From: Eledone cirrhosa
Lineage: Eukaryota
Assembly: GCA_964016885.1 (NCBI GenBank)
Contig: CAXHJY010000001.1
Coordinates: 434,001 to 498,000 of the forward strand
DNA length: 64,000 nt
Reading direction: 5' to 3'
The position numbers and the translations under genes were made by a program. This document shows, piece after piece, positions 1 through 14,848 of this stretch. How positions within the stretch are numbered: the stretch's first letter is position 1; every line of letters begins with the position of its first letter. A model generated the notes under the pieces. The model searched no databases. It was not told the origin of the DNA and was given only the letters and a program-made list of their open reading frames with translations.

Positions 1-3000
1 CACACAGAGATTGTAGACACACAGACACACAGACATTGTAGACACACAGACACTGTAGACACACAGACACTGTAGACACACAGACACTGTAGACACAGAC
101 ACTGTAGACACACATACACTGTAGACACACAGACACTGTAGACACACATACACTGTAGACACACAGACACTGTAGACGCAGACACTGTAGACACACAAAC
201 ACTGTAGACACAGACAATGTAGAGACACAGACAATGTAGAGACACAGACACTGTAGACACACAAACACTGTAGACACAGACAATGTAGAGACACAGACAC
301 TGTAGACACACAGACAATGTAGACACAGACACTGTAGACACACAAACACTGTAGACACAGACAATGTAGAGACACAGACAATGTAGAGACACAGACAATG
401 TAGAGACACAGACAATGTAGACACACAGACACTGTAGACACACAGACACTGTAGACACACAGACACTGTAGACACACAGAAACTGTGGACACACAGACAC
501 TGTAGACACACAGACACTGTAGACACAGACACTGTAGACACACAGACATTGTAGACACAGACACTGTAGAGACACAGACACTGTAGACACACAGACATTG
601 TAGACACAGACACTGTAGACACACAGACACTGTAGACACACAGACACTGTAGACACAGACACTGTAGACACACAGACAATGTAGAGACACAGACAATGTA
701 GTGACACAGACAATGTAGACACACAGACACTGTAGACACACAGACACTGTAGACACACAGACACTGTAGACACACAGACACTGTAGAACCACAGACACTG
801 TAGACACACAGACAATGTAGAGACACAGACAATGTAGACACACAGACACTGTAGACACACAGACACTGTAGACACACAAACACTGTAGACACAGACAATG
901 TAGAGACAGAGACAATGTAGACACACAGACAATGTAGACACACAGACAATGTAGACACACAGACACTGTAGACACACAGACACTGTAGACACAGACACTG
1001 TAGACACACAGACATTGTAGACACAGACACTGTAGAGACACAGACAATGTAGAGACACAGACAATGTAGAGACACAGACAATGTAGACACACAGACACTG
1101 TAGACACACAGACTACTGTAGAACCACAGACACTGTAGACACACAGACAATGTAGAGACACAGACACTGTAGACACACAGACACTGTAGACACACAGACA
1201 CTGTAGACACACAGACACTGTAGACACACAGACACTGTAGACAGAGACACTGTAGACACACAGACACTGTAGACACACAGACGTAGACACACATACATTG
1301 TAGACACACATACATTGTAGACACACAGACACTGTAGACACACAGACACTGTAGACACACAGACAATGTAGAGACACAGACACTGTAGACACACAGACAC
1401 TGTAGACACACAGACGTAGACACACAGACACTGTAGACACACATACATTGTAGACACACAGACACTGTAGACACACAGACACTGTAGACACACAAACACT
1501 GTAGACACACAAACACTGTAGACCGACAGACAGTGTAGACACACAGACAATGTAGAGACAGAGACAATGTAGACACACAGACAATGTAGACACACAGACA
1601 ATGTAGACACACAGACAATGTAGACACACAGACACTGTAGACACACAGACACTGTAGACACACAGACACTGTAGACACACAGACACTGTAGACACAGACA
1701 CTGTAGACACACAGACATTGTAGACACAGACACTGTAGACACAGACACTGTAGACACACAGACATTGTAGACACAGACACTGTAGAGACACAGACATTGT
1801 AGACACAGACACTGTAGACACAGACACTGTAGACACACAGACACTGTAGAGACACAGACACTGTAGACACACAGACATTGTAGACACAGACACTGTAGAC
1901 ACACAGACACTGTAGAACCACAGACACTGTAGACACACAGACAATGTAGAGACACAGACAATGTAGAGACACAGACACTGTAGACACACAGACACTGTAG
2001 ACACACAGACACTGTAGTGACACAGACACTGTAGACACACAGACATTGTAGACACACAGACACTGTAGAACCACAGACACTGTAGACACACAGACAATGT
2101 AGAGACACAGACACTGTAGACACACATACACTGTAGACACACAGACACTGTAGACACACAGACACTGTAGACACAGACACACAGGCATTGTAGACACAGA
2201 CACTGTAGACACAGACACTGTAGACACAGACACTGTAGACACAGGCATTGTAGACACACAGACATTGTAGACTCAGACACAGACACTGTAGACACAGTAG
2301 ACACAGATACTGTAGACACAGACACTGTAGACACACAGACACTGTAGACACACAGACACTGTAGGCACACAGACATTGAAGACACACAGACACTGTAGAC
2401 ACACAGACACTGTAGACACAGACACTGTAGACACACAGACATTGTAGACACAGGCACTGTAGACACAGGCATTGTAGACACAGAGACACTGTAGACACAC
2501 AGACATTGTAGACACACAGACACTGTAGACACACAGAAACTGTAGACACAGACATTTTAGACACACAGACACTGTAGACACACAGTCACTGTAGACACAC
2601 AGACATTGTAGACACACAGACACTGTAGACACACAGACACTGTAGACACACAGACATTGTAGACACACAGACACTGTAGACACACAGACACTGTAGATAC
2701 AGACACTGTAGACACACAGACACTGTAGACACACAGACACTGTAGACACAGACACTGTAGACACACAGACATTGTAGACACAGACACTGTAGATACACAG
2801 ACACTGTAGACACACACAGACAGTGTAGACACAGACACTGTAGACACACACAGACATTGTAGACACACAGACACTGTAGACACACAGACACTGTAGACAC
2901 AGACACTGTAGACACACATACACTGTAGACACACAGACACTGTAGACGCAGACACTGTAGACACACAAACACTGTAGACACAGACAATGTAGAGACACAG

Positions 3001-6000
3001 ACAATGTAGAGACACAGACACTGTAGACACACAAACACTGTAGACACAGACAATGTAGAGACACAGACACTGTAGACACACAGACAATGTAGACACAGAC
3101 ACTGTAGACACACAAACACTGTAGACACAGAAAATGTAGAGACACAGACAATGTAGAGACACAGACAATGTAGAGACACAGACAATGTAGACACACAGAC
3201 ACTGTAGACACACAGACACTGTAGACACACAGACACTGTAGACACACAGACACTGTAGACACACAGACACTGTAGACACACAAACACTGTAGACACAGAC
3301 ACTGTAGACACACAGACATTGTAGACACAGACACTGTAGAGACACAGACACTGTAGACACACAGACATTGTAGACACAGACACTGTAGACACACAGACAC
3401 TGTAGACACACAGACACTGTAGACACACAGACACTGTAGACACACAGACAATGTAGAGACACAGACAATGTAGTGACACAGACAATGTAGACACACAGAC
3501 ACTGTAGACACACAGACACTGTAGACACACAGACACTGTAGACACACAGACACTGTAGAACCACAGACACTGTAGACACACAGACAATGTAGAGACACAG
3601 ACAATGTAGACACACAGACACTGTAGACACACAGACACTGTAGACACACAAACACTGTAGACACAGACAATGTAGAGACAGAGACAATGTAGACACACAG
3701 ACAATGTAGACACACAGACAATGTAGACACACAGACACTGTAGACACACAGACACTGTAGACACAGACACTGTAGACACACAGACATTGTAGACACAGAC
3801 ACTGTAGAGACACAGACAATGTAGAGACACAGACAATGTAGAGACACAGACAATGTAGACACACTTGACACTGTAGACACACAGACTACTGTAGAACCAC
3901 AGACACTGTAGACACACAGACAATGTAGAGACACAGACACTGTAGACACACAGACACTGTAGACACACAGACACTGTAGACACACAGACACTGTAGACAC
4001 ACAGACACTGTAGACAGAGACACTGTAGACACACAGACACTGTAGACACACAGACAATGTAGAGACACAGACACTGTAGACACACATACACTGTAGACAC
4101 ACAGACGTAGACACACAGACACTGTAGACACACATACATTGTAGACACACAGACACTGTAGACACACAGACACTGTAGACACACAAACACTGTAGACACA
4201 CAAACACTGTAGACCGACAGACAGTGTAGACACACAGACAATGTAGAGACAGAGACAATGTAGAGACAATGTAGACACACAGACAATGTAGACACACAGA
4301 CAATGTAGACACACAGACACTGTAGACACACAGACACTGTAGACACACAGACACTGTAGACACACAGACACTGTAGACACAGACACTGTAGACACACAGA
4401 CATTGTAGACACAGACACTGTAGAGACACAGACACTGTAGACACACAGACATTGTAGACACAGACACTGTAGACACACAGACACTGTAGACACAGACACT
4501 GTAGACACACAGACATTGTAGACACAGACACTGTAGACACACAGACACTGTAGAACCACAGACACTGTAGACACACAGACAATGTAGAGACACAGACAAT
4601 GTAGAGACACAGACACTGTAGACACACAGACACTGTAGACACACAGACACTGTAGTGACACAGACACTGTAGACACACAGACATTGTAGACACACAGACA
4701 CTGTAGAACCACAGACACTGTAGACACACAGACAATGTAGAGACACAGACACTGTAGACACACATACACTGTAGACACACAGACACTGTAGACACACAGA
4801 CACTGTAGACACACAGACACTGTAGACACACAGACACTGTAGACACAGACACTGTAGACACACAGACAATGTAGAGACACAGACACTGTAGACACACAGA
4901 CACTGTAGACACACAGACGTAGACACACAGACACTGTAGACACACATACATTGTAGACACACAGACACTGTAGACACACAGACACTGTAGACACACAAAC
5001 ACTGTAGACACACAAACACTGTAGACCGACAGACAGTGTAGACACACAGACACTGTAGACACAGACACTGTAGACACATATTGTAGACACACAGACACTG
5101 TAGACACACAGTCACTGTAGACACAGACACTGTAGACACACAGACACTGTAGACAGACACACGGACACTGTAGACACAGACATTGTAGACACAGACACTG
5201 TAGCCACACAGACATTGTAGACACAGACACTGTAGACACACAGACATTGTAGACTCAGACACTGTAGACACAGACACTGTAGACACACAGACACTGTAGA
5301 CTCAGACACTGTAGACACACAGACACTGTAGACTCAGGCATTGTAGGCACAGACACTGTAGACACACATACATTGTAGACTCAGACACTGTAGACACAGA
5401 CACACAGACACTGTAGACTCAGGCATTGTAGACACAGACACTGTAGATACAGACACTGTAGACACAGACACTGTAGACACAGACACACGGACACTGTAGA
5501 CACAGGCATTGTAGACACACAGACATTGTAGACTCAGACACTGTAGACACAGACACTGTAGACACAGACACTGTACACACACAGACACTGTAGACACACA
5601 GACACTGTAGACACAGACACTGTAGACACACAGACATTGTAGGCACACAGACACTGTAGAGACTGTAGACACACAGACACTGTAGACACAGACATTGTAG
5701 ACACACTGTCACTGTAGACACAGACACTGTAGACAAACAGACACTGTAGACAGACACACGGACACTGTAGACACAGACATTGTAGACACAGACACTGTAG
5801 ACACACAGACATTGTAGACACAGACACTGTAGACACACAGACATTGTAGACTCAGACACTGTAGACACAGACACTGTAGACACACAGACACTATAGACTC
5901 AGACACTGTAGACACAGACACTGTAGACACACAGACACTGTAGACACACAGACACTTTAGACACACAGACACTGTAGACTCAGGCATTGTAGGCACAGAC

Positions 6001-9000
6001 ACTGTAGACACACATACATTGTAGACTCAGACACTGTAGACACACACAGACAGTGTAGACACAGACACTGTAGACACACAGACATTGTAGACACACAGAC
6101 ACACAGACATTGTAGACACACAGACACTGTAGACACACAGACACTGTAGACACACAGACACTGTAGACACAGACACTGTAGACACACATACACTGTAGAC
6201 ACACAGACACTGTAGACACACATACACTGTAGACACACAGACACTGTAGACGCAGACACTGTAGACACACAAACACTGTAGACACAGACAATGTAGAGAC
6301 ACAGACAATGTAGAGACACAGACACTGTAGACACACAAACACTGTAGACACAGACAATGTAGAGACACAGACACTGTAGACACACAGACAATGTAGACAC
6401 AGACACTGTAGACACACAAACACTGTAGACACAGACAATGTAGAGACACAGACAATGTAGAGACACAGACAATGTAGAGACACAGACAATGTAGACACAC
6501 AGACACTGTAGACACACAGACACTGTAGACACACAGACACTGTAGACACACAGAAACTGTAGACACACAGACACTGTAGACACACAGACACTGTAGACAC
6601 AGACACTGTAGACACACAGACATTGTAGACACAGACACTGTAGAGACACAGACACTGTAGACACACAGACATTGTAGACACAGACACTGTAGACACACAG
6701 ACACTGTAGACACACAGACACTGTAGACACAGACACTGTAGACACACAGACAATGTAGAGACACAGACAATGTAGTGACACAGACAATGTAGACACACAG
6801 ACACTGTAGACACACAGACACTGTAGACACACAGACACTGTAGACACACAGACACTGTAGAACCACAGACACTGTAGACACACAGACAATGTAGAGACAC
6901 AGACAATGTAGACACACAGACACTGTAGACACACAGACACTGTAGACACACAAACACTGTAGACACAGACAATGTAGAGACAGAGACAATGTAGACACAC
7001 AGACAATGTAGACACACAGAAAATGTAGACACACAGACACTGTAGACACACAGACACTGTAGACACAGACACTGTAGACACACAGACATTGTAGACACAG
7101 ACACTGTAGAGACACAGACAATGTATAGACACAGACAATGTAGACACACAGACACTGTAGACACACAGACTACTGTAGAACCACAGACACTGTAGACACA
7201 CAGACAATGTAGAGACACAGACACTGTAGACACACAGACACTGTAGACACACAGACACTGTAGACACACAGACACTGTAGACACACAGACACTGTAGACA
7301 GAGACACTGTAGACACACAGACACTGTAGACACACAGACGTAGACACACATACATTGTAGACACACATACATTGTAGACACACAGACACTGTAGACACAC
7401 AGACACTGTAGACACACAGACAATGTAGAGACACAGACACTGTAGATACACAGACACTGTAGACACACAGACGTAGACACACAGACACTGTAGACACACA
7501 TACATTGTAGACACACAGACACTGTAGACACACAGACACTGTAGACACACAAACACTGTAGACACACAAACACTGTAGACCGACAGACAGTGTAGACACA
7601 CAGACAATGTAGAGACAGAGACAATGTAGACACACAGACAATGTAGACACACAGACAATGTAGACACACAGACAATGTAGACACACAGACACTGTAGACA
7701 CACAGACACTGTAGACACACAGACACTGTAGACACACAGACACTGTAGACACAGACACTGTAGACACACAGACATTGTAGACACAGACACTGTAGACACA
7801 GACACTGTAGACACACAGACATTGTAGACACAGACACTGTAGAGACACAGACATTGTAGACACAGACACTGTAGACACAGACACTGTAGACACACAGACA
7901 CTGTAGAGACACAGACACTGTAGACACACAGACATTGTAGACACAGACACTGTAGACACACAGACACTGTAGAACCACAGACACTGTAGACACACAGACA
8001 ATGTAGAGACACAGACACTGTAGACACATATACACTGTAGACACACAGACACTGTAGACACACAGACACTGTAGACACACAGACACTGTAGACACACAGA
8101 CACTGTAGACACACAGACGTAGACACACAGACACTGTAGACACACATACATTGTAGACACACAGACACTGTAGACACACAGACACTGTAGACACACAAAC
8201 ACTGTAGACACACAAACACTGTAGACCGACAGACAGTGTAGACACACAGACACTGTAGACACACAGACACTGTAGTGACACAGACACTGTAGACACACAG
8301 ACATTGTAGACACACAGACACTGTAGAACCACAGACACTGTAGACACACAGACAATGTAGAGACACAGATACTGTAGACACACATACACTGTAGACACAC
8401 AGACACTGTAGACACACAGACACTGTAGACACACAGACACTGTAGACACACAGACACTGTAGACACAGACACTGTAGACACACAGACAATGTAGAGACAC
8501 AGACACTGTAGACACACAGACACTGTAGACACACAGACGTAGACACACAGACACTGTAGACACACATACATTGTAGACACACAGACACTGTAGACACACA
8601 GACACTGTAGACACACAAACACTGTAGACACACAAACACTGTAGACCGACAGACAGTGTAGACACACAGACACTGTAGACACAGACACTGTAGACACAGA
8701 CACTGTACACACACAGACACTGTAGACACACAGACACTGTAGACACAGACACTGTAGACACACAGACATTGTAGGCACACAGACACTGTAGAGACTGTAG
8801 ACACACAGACACTGTAGACACAGACATTGTAGACACACTGTCACTGTAGACACAGACACTGTAGACAAACAGACACTGTAGACAGACACACGGACACTGT
8901 AGACACAGACATTGTAGACACAGACACTGTAGACACACAGACATTGTAGACACAGACACTGTAGACACACAGACATTGTAGACTCAGACACTGTAGACAC

Positions 9001-10800
9001 AGACACTGTAGACACACAGACACTATAGACTCAGACACTGTAGACACAGACACTGTAGACACACAGACACTGTAGACACACAGACACTGTAGACTCAGGC
9101 ATTGTAGGCACAGACACTATAGACACACATACATTGTAGACTCAGACACTGTAGACACAGACACACAGACACTGTAGACACAGGCATTGTAGACACAGAC
9201 ACTGTAGACACAGACACACGGACACTGTTGACACAGGCATTGTAGACACACAGACATTGTAGACTCAGACACTGTAGACACAGACACTGTAGACACACAG
9301 ACACTGTAGACACAGGCACTGTAGACTCAGACACTGTAGACACAGACACTGTAGACACAGACACTGTAGACACAGACACTCAGACACTGTAGACTCAGAA
9401 ACTGTAGACACAGGCATTGTAGACACACAGACATTGTAGACTCAGACACAGACACTGTAGACACAGTAGACACAGACACTGTAGACACAGTAGACACAGA
9501 TACTGTAGACACAGACACTGTAGACACACAGACACTGTAGACACACAGACACTGTAGACACACAGACATTGAAGACACACAGACACTGTAGACACACAGA
9601 CACTGTAGACACAGACACTGTAGACACACAGACACTGTAGACACACAGACATTGTAGACACAGGCACTGTAGACACAGGCATTGTAGACACAGAGACACT
9701 GTAGACACACAGACATTGTAGACACACAGACACTGTAGACACAGACACTGTAGACACACAGACATTGTAGACACACAGACACTGTAGACACACAGAAACT
9801 GTAGACACAGACATTTTAGACACACAGACACTGTAGACACACAGTCACTGTAGACACACAGACATTGTAGACACACAGACACTGTAGACACACAGACACT
9901 GTAGACACACAGACACTGTAGACACACAGAAATTGTAGACACAGACACTGTAGACACACAGACACTGTAGATACAGACACTGTAGACACACAGACACTGT
10001 AGACACACAGACACTGTAGACACAGACACTGTAGACACACAGACATTGTAGACACAGACACTGTAGATACACAGACACTGTAGAGACACAGACACTGTAG
10101 ACACACAGACATTGTAGACACAGACACTGTAGACACACACAGACAGTGTAGACACACACAGACAGTGTAGACACAGACACTGTAGACACACAGACATTGT
10201 AGACACACAGACACACAGACATTGTAGACACACAGACACTGTAGACACACAGACACTGTAGACACACAGACACTGTAGACACAGACACTGTAGACACACA
10301 TACACTGTAGACACACAGACACTGTAGACACACATACACTGTAGACACACAGACACTGTAGACGCAGACACTGTAGACACACAAACACTGTAGACACAGA
10401 CAATGTAGAGACACAGACAATGTAGAGACACAGACACTGTAGACACACAAACACTGTAGACACAGACAATGTAGAGACACAGACACTGTAGACACACAGA
10501 CAATGTAGACACAGACACTGTAGACACACAAACACTGTAGACACAGACAATGTAGAGACACAGACAATGTAGAGACACAGACAATGTAGAGACACAGACA
10601 ATGTAGACACACAGACACTGTAGACACACAGACACTGTAGACACACAGACACTGTAGACACACAGACACTGTAGACACACAGACACTGTAGACACACAGA
10701 CACTGTAGACACAGACACTGTAGACACACAGACATTGTAGACACAGACACTGTAGAGACACAGACACTGTAGACACACAGACATTGTAGACACAGACACT
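1..10800. repeat. Satellite array of 15/17-bp units (tgtagacac(ac)agacac) with kb-scale higher-order repeats; continues past the window start
   Basis: Continuous tandem units. Rare variants recur: gacgca at ~175, 2945, 6249, 10361; gactactgtagaacc at ~1111, 3884, 7168. Confidence 0.98.
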
Positions 10801-10801
10801 A

Positions 10802-11389
10802 CCACTACCCGACAGCACGGACGAGGACCCAGCTGAAACGGCACCTAGTGACGAAGAGGGGGAACCCTTCCAACCTGTAAAAAGGAAAACAAGAAAGCAC
10901 CACTCGAACATAAACGAAACAAACACACAACCACCAACAAAAACAAAACAAACAGAACAAACAAAATCCGCCCCGACCCAAAACATAACACATACAACAA
11001 AACGTAAGCACACACAAGAACAACAAACAAACACAACACAAATAAAACAGTATACATACATTAACACAAATAACAAAGAACTCGTAAAAACAATACACAA
11101 AGACCCTTTGGTGGAAACTGAAGGGCAATTCTTTGCAAGCGCGGCCAACAAACCGCATTTAAAAATGATAAGACTCCCAATGGACACCTATGCAAAACTA
11201 AGAGAGAACTTTCCTGAGGACGTGGGGAAAACATGTACTCGACCCTATAACCGCGTCCTCTTGAAACGTTTCCCCACCCACACCTCACCAAACACCCCCA
11301 CTCCACCACAGAACAACACCCCACCAAACAACCCCTCCAATACGCCCATGGATATTGTGCAACCTGCTCCTCAGGAGCCGAACAGGTAG
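10802..11389 (+). CDS. C-terminal part of Tx1-like ORF1 (PLPDSTDEDPAETAPSDEEGEPFQPVKRKTRK...PQEPNR), no start codon
   Basis: Open frame from 10802 is in frame with the listed ORF 11108-11389. Low-complexity acidic/basic/T-Q-P-rich sequence ending 21 bp before ORF2. An in-frame TAG lies in the satellite at 10787-10789. Confidence 0.7.
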   Translation, partial: PLPDSTDEDPAETAPSDEEGEPFQPVKRKTRKHHSNINETNTQPPTKTKQTEQTKSAPTQNITHTTKRKHTQEQQTNTTQIKQYTYINTNNKELVKTIHKDPLVETEGQFFASAANKPHLKMIRLPMDTYAKLRENFPEDVGKTCTRPYNRVLLKRFPTHTSPNTPTPPQNNTPPNNPSNTPMDIVQPAPQEPNR

Positions 11390-11410
11390 GTCCTTCCTCT
11401 TTTAACCAAC

Positions 11411-14400
11411 ATGGCTGATATAAGAGTTGGGTGTCTGAATGTACGCGGCCTGGGACTGTCTTGGAAACAAGGCAAACTTTTAAACGATCTCAGGTCGCAT
11501 AGAATGGATGTAATGGCTATTTGCGAGTCCAGGATCAGCAGCGAGCACCAACTGGCGCCCCTCTTCGACGACTTTGAGATCTTCGCATCTCTCTGTCAAC
11601 CGGGGGGTGGGGGTGGAGTTGTCGTTCTGCTGCGAAAACACCTGGGCCTCGCCATACAGAAGGTGCACCTGGACCCGGAGGGTCGACTGGTGGTTTTAGA
11701 CGTCGGCAGTAGTGAAAGTGGAGCCCTTAGACTAATAGCTGTGTACGCCCCTTTTTGGGCAGCACGGCCGGAATACTTCCAACGTCTGGAAACTTTTCTG
11801 GGAACGTCCCGCTCCTTGCTTTTAGTGGGGGACTGGAATGGTATCCTGGATGCACGTTGGGACTATGTAGGGGCATGTGCCAATAGAGGGGGGTGTAAAA
11901 GCCTCAAAAGGTTAATCGGCCGATTTGACCTGGCCGATAGATATCGACTAGATTTTCCGACTGTACCACTATGGACGTGGACCAATCGCAGTGGAACATC
12001 TAGGTCGTACCTAGATAGGGTCCTAGTTAGAGAGAAGGATAGGGACACATTTAGCTGTCCAAAAATGTTCATGGTTGACTATTCGGATCACAAGTTAGTG
12101 ACCTGCATAGCCAACCTTGATAGAACCCATAGACAGGGACCCGGTTACTGGAAGCTGAACTTGTCCTTACCGAGAAGCAAAGCTTACAGTAAACGGATTA
12201 GCACGTTAGTTAAGCAGAGTTTGACAGGGGCAATTGTCAACAACAGGTGGTGGATCTCTCTTAAGAGAGCAATTAGAATAGAATCGATAGGTTTTAGTCA
12301 GGAATTAGCAAGGGATAGGAACAAGACGGAAAGGGAATTAGTAGATAGAGTAGAAGAGGCGATTAGGAGTGGCAATGTAGCCGGCGTGCTGGCATCAAGA
12401 ATGGCCTTAGACCAGTTCTTTGAGGTGAAGCATGAAGGCTGCGTTGTCAGGAGTAAAATACGTGCTCTGGGTAATGAGGGAGCCAAAGCTGTTAGCTGGG
12501 CCCGAGTGACAGAGGCAAAAAGTGGGAACAAGTCCACGATTCGGTCTTTGAAGGACCAGGATGGGCGTGTGATCCTTGAACCTGGGCAGATGTGTGCGGC
12601 CTTTCAGCGGCACTTTGCACGACTGTTCGAGAGGGGCGGCGCGCCGGGTGAGACTATGGATTTCAATCCATACCTCGACGGTCTGCCGCGCCTCTCGGAC
12701 GCGGAGGCGAAGTCCTGCGAAAGGACGATTTCAGCTGCTGAGATAGGGGCGGCGCTGAGCCAATGCGGCAAACGCAAATCCCCGGGTCTCGATGGTCTAC
12801 CATACGAGCTATATGTAGCGATGCCGGACTTGTTCTCCGATATCCTCGAAGCGGTCTACTGCAACTGGCAGCAGAACGGGAGAATTCCCAGTTCTGTGAC
12901 CAAGGGCGTAGTTACGCTGGTGAGGAAGGATGAGAACAAGGGGGATGACATAAGTAACTTCAGGCCCATAACTCTGCTAAATACAGAGTTAAAGATTTTG
13001 GCCAAGGTGTTAGCGAAGAGGTTGGCGCTTGTCGTTGGAAACCTGGTGGGAGAAGCGCAGACATGCGCAATCCCGTCCAGGTCCATTCACGACAATCTCC
13101 ACCTTATGCGATACATCATAGAGAGGGTAGGGAATGAACCCGGCTTTGGTGGGGCCCTGATCAACTTGGATCAATCTAAAGCTTTCGATAGGGTTGACCA
13201 TCGTTACCTGGATGCAGTGCTCGCGGCGGCAGGCTTCGGACCCGTTTTCAGGGGTTGGATTGCTGCGATGCACAGCAGCAACGTTTGTTCAAGGGTCAAG
13301 GTGAACGGCCACCTCTCGGAGCCGTTCCAAATCATGCAATCCATCCAACAGGGATGCCCTCTCTCCTCCCTACTGTATGTGCTGGCTCTTGAGCCACTAC
13401 TGCGGAAGTTGGAGCGGTTGCAGGGCATCCCTTTGGAACCGGGATTGCAGAAAGCGGCGTCGGCCTACGCCGATGACGTGACAGTAATGGTGTCGAAAAC
13501 CTCGCAAATCGGTGAGATCGGCACCTTACTGGAGGAATATGAAAGGTTTACAGGAGCCAAGCTGAACCGGGACAAGTCCGTCGGTTTGCAACTCGGAACA
13601 TGGAGAGGCAAACCGATGCCCTCCAACGACGTCGTCGGACGCTGGACGGAGGGCCCGGTGGAGCTGCTTGGGGTCTGGTTCGGACCAGACCTCCAGGTGG
13701 AGAAAAACTGGAACGAGGTAACGGCCAGGGTGTTTGCACTCACCCAGAAGTGGGCCCAGTGCAAACTATCCCTGAAAGGTCGAGCGGAGGTGGCGAATAC
13801 TTATATAGCATCCGTCATCTACTACTGCTTGACCGTCGTGCCTTGCCCAGTGAAAAGACTCGCCAAAATGGAGTGCGCGCTGTTCCAATTTCTTTGGAAC
13901 AAGCGGACCCCTTTGGTGAGGAGATCCATCTGCTGTCAACACCCTTCGAAAGGAGGGCTGGGGATGCCGTGGCTACAGATGCGTAAACACGCATTAAGGC
14001 TACGGCACCTCCAGGTATTCCTCACCGGTCAACCGGTGTGGGCCCCGTTTGTGAGGCGAGCCTTTCCCAGACTCGTCTCACTCACCGAGCTGCAAACCTG
14101 GGTCAAGCAAAGACCGAGAAAAGTGGGCGACTGGCACATTGAATGTGCCCAGGCGCTCACGGCCCTCTGGAAAGCGGACCCGGCAATCAGTGGAGACTCC
14201 ACCTCGACATTCTATAGAGGGTTGGTACGCAGCAGGTGCGACGATGCTCTCGGAGAAGCTCTAGGCATGGAGGAAGATGAACTGGCCAGTCTGTTCGGTA
14301 GGACGTTTGGCCCTGGACCGATGGACAACTTCCAAAAGTCCCTGGCTTGGCAGTGCTACCGAGGGGCTCTACCCGTTCGAGACAAGCTCCACAGGCATGG

Positions 14401-14848
14401 GAGCCTGGGTAGAGATCCTTTGAATAAGATCTGTCCGAGATGTGTGCATGATGACGAAACCGTTGTGCACGCATTCGTACACTGCCCAGGCATTGCTGAC
14501 CTGTGGGGCTATGTGGAACGACTACTGTCGAAGGTGGGACCAATCCGGTTGACCACCGAGTCCATTGTCGCGATCAAACCGCCTCCCCCTTTCAAAAACG
14601 AAGGAGAGGCGGTTTTTCTCTGTGATATAGCCATGGCTAAAGAAGTTGTATGGTGGACGAGGCTGAAAGGGCTGAGGTCAGACACCTTTCTCTCCGGCCA
14701 ACAACTGGTCCCCTTTTTCAAATACCATTTTAAAAGAAGGATCAGAATGGAGAGAGAGGTGCTCTACCCCAGCAAGTTTTATGAAAGGTGGGTGAAAGTA
14801 GGGAGAATGGCCAGAGTGAATGGGTCTTCTCTCTATATCAGCCTGTAG
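11411..14848 (+). CDS. ORF2 polyprotein: AP endonuclease + reverse transcriptase + C-terminal zinc-binding motif (Tx1/L1 clade), 1145 aa, uninterrupted
   Basis: APE motifs GCLNVRG, AVYAP, GDWN, YLDRV, SDH. RT motifs KSPGLDG, RPITLLNTELKILAK, LDQSKAFDRVDH, QGCPLS, YADD. C-terminal CPRC..ETVVHAFVHC. Confidence 0.96.
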   Translation: MADIRVGCLNVRGLGLSWKQGKLLNDLRSHRMDVMAICESRISSEHQLAPLFDDFEIFASLCQPGGGGGVVVLLRKHLGLAIQKVHLDPEGRLVVLDVGSSESGALRLIAVYAPFWAARPEYFQRLETFLGTSRSLLLVGDWNGILDARWDYVGACANRGGCKSLKRLIGRFDLADRYRLDFPTVPLWTWTNRSGTSRSYLDRVLVREKDRDTFSCPKMFMVDYSDHKLVTCIANLDRTHRQGPGYWKLNLSLPRSKAYSKRISTLVKQSLTGAIVNNRWWISLKRAIRIESIGFSQELARDRNKTERELVDRVEEAIRSGNVAGVLASRMALDQFFEVKHEGCVVRSKIRALGNEGAKAVSWARVTEAKSGNKSTIRSLKDQDGRVILEPGQMCAAFQRHFARLFERGGAPGETMDFNPYLDGLPRLSDAEAKSCERTISAAEIGAALSQCGKRKSPGLDGLPYELYVAMPDLFSDILEAVYCNWQQNGRIPSSVTKGVVTLVRKDENKGDDISNFRPITLLNTELKILAKVLAKRLALVVGNLVGEAQTCAIPSRSIHDNLHLMRYIIERVGNEPGFGGALINLDQSKAFDRVDHRYLDAVLAAAGFGPVFRGWIAAMHSSNVCSRVKVNGHLSEPFQIMQSIQQGCPLSSLLYVLALEPLLRKLERLQGIPLEPGLQKAASAYADDVTVMVSKTSQIGEIGTLLEEYERFTGAKLNRDKSVGLQLGTWRGKPMPSNDVVGRWTEGPVELLGVWFGPDLQVEKNWNEVTARVFALTQKWAQCKLSLKGRAEVANTYIASVIYYCLTVVPCPVKRLAKMECALFQFLWNKRTPLVRRSICCQHPSKGGLGMPWLQMRKHALRLRHLQVFLTGQPVWAPFVRRAFPRLVSLTELQTWVKQRPRKVGDWHIECAQALTALWKADPAISGDSTSTFYRGLVRSRCDDALGEALGMEEDELASLFGRTFGPGPMDNFQKSLAWQCYRGALPVRDKLHRHGSLGRDPLNKICPRCVHDDETVVHAFVHCPGIADLWGYVERLLSKVGPIRLTTESIVAIKPPPPFKNEGEAVFLCDIAMAKEVVWWTRLKGLRSDTFLSGQQLVPFFKYHFKRRIRMEREVLYPSKFYERWVKVGRMARVNGSSLYISL

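Noticed and set aside
1113-11187. Long Cys/Val/Ser-rich ORFs up to 1011 aa on the - strand
   Set aside because: They are translations of the 15/17-bp satellite, open in several frames at once, with no domain content.
11480-14721. Short ORFs overlapping the Tx1 ORF2
   Set aside because: Antisense or alternative-frame shadows of a GC-rich coding region with no recognisable motifs.
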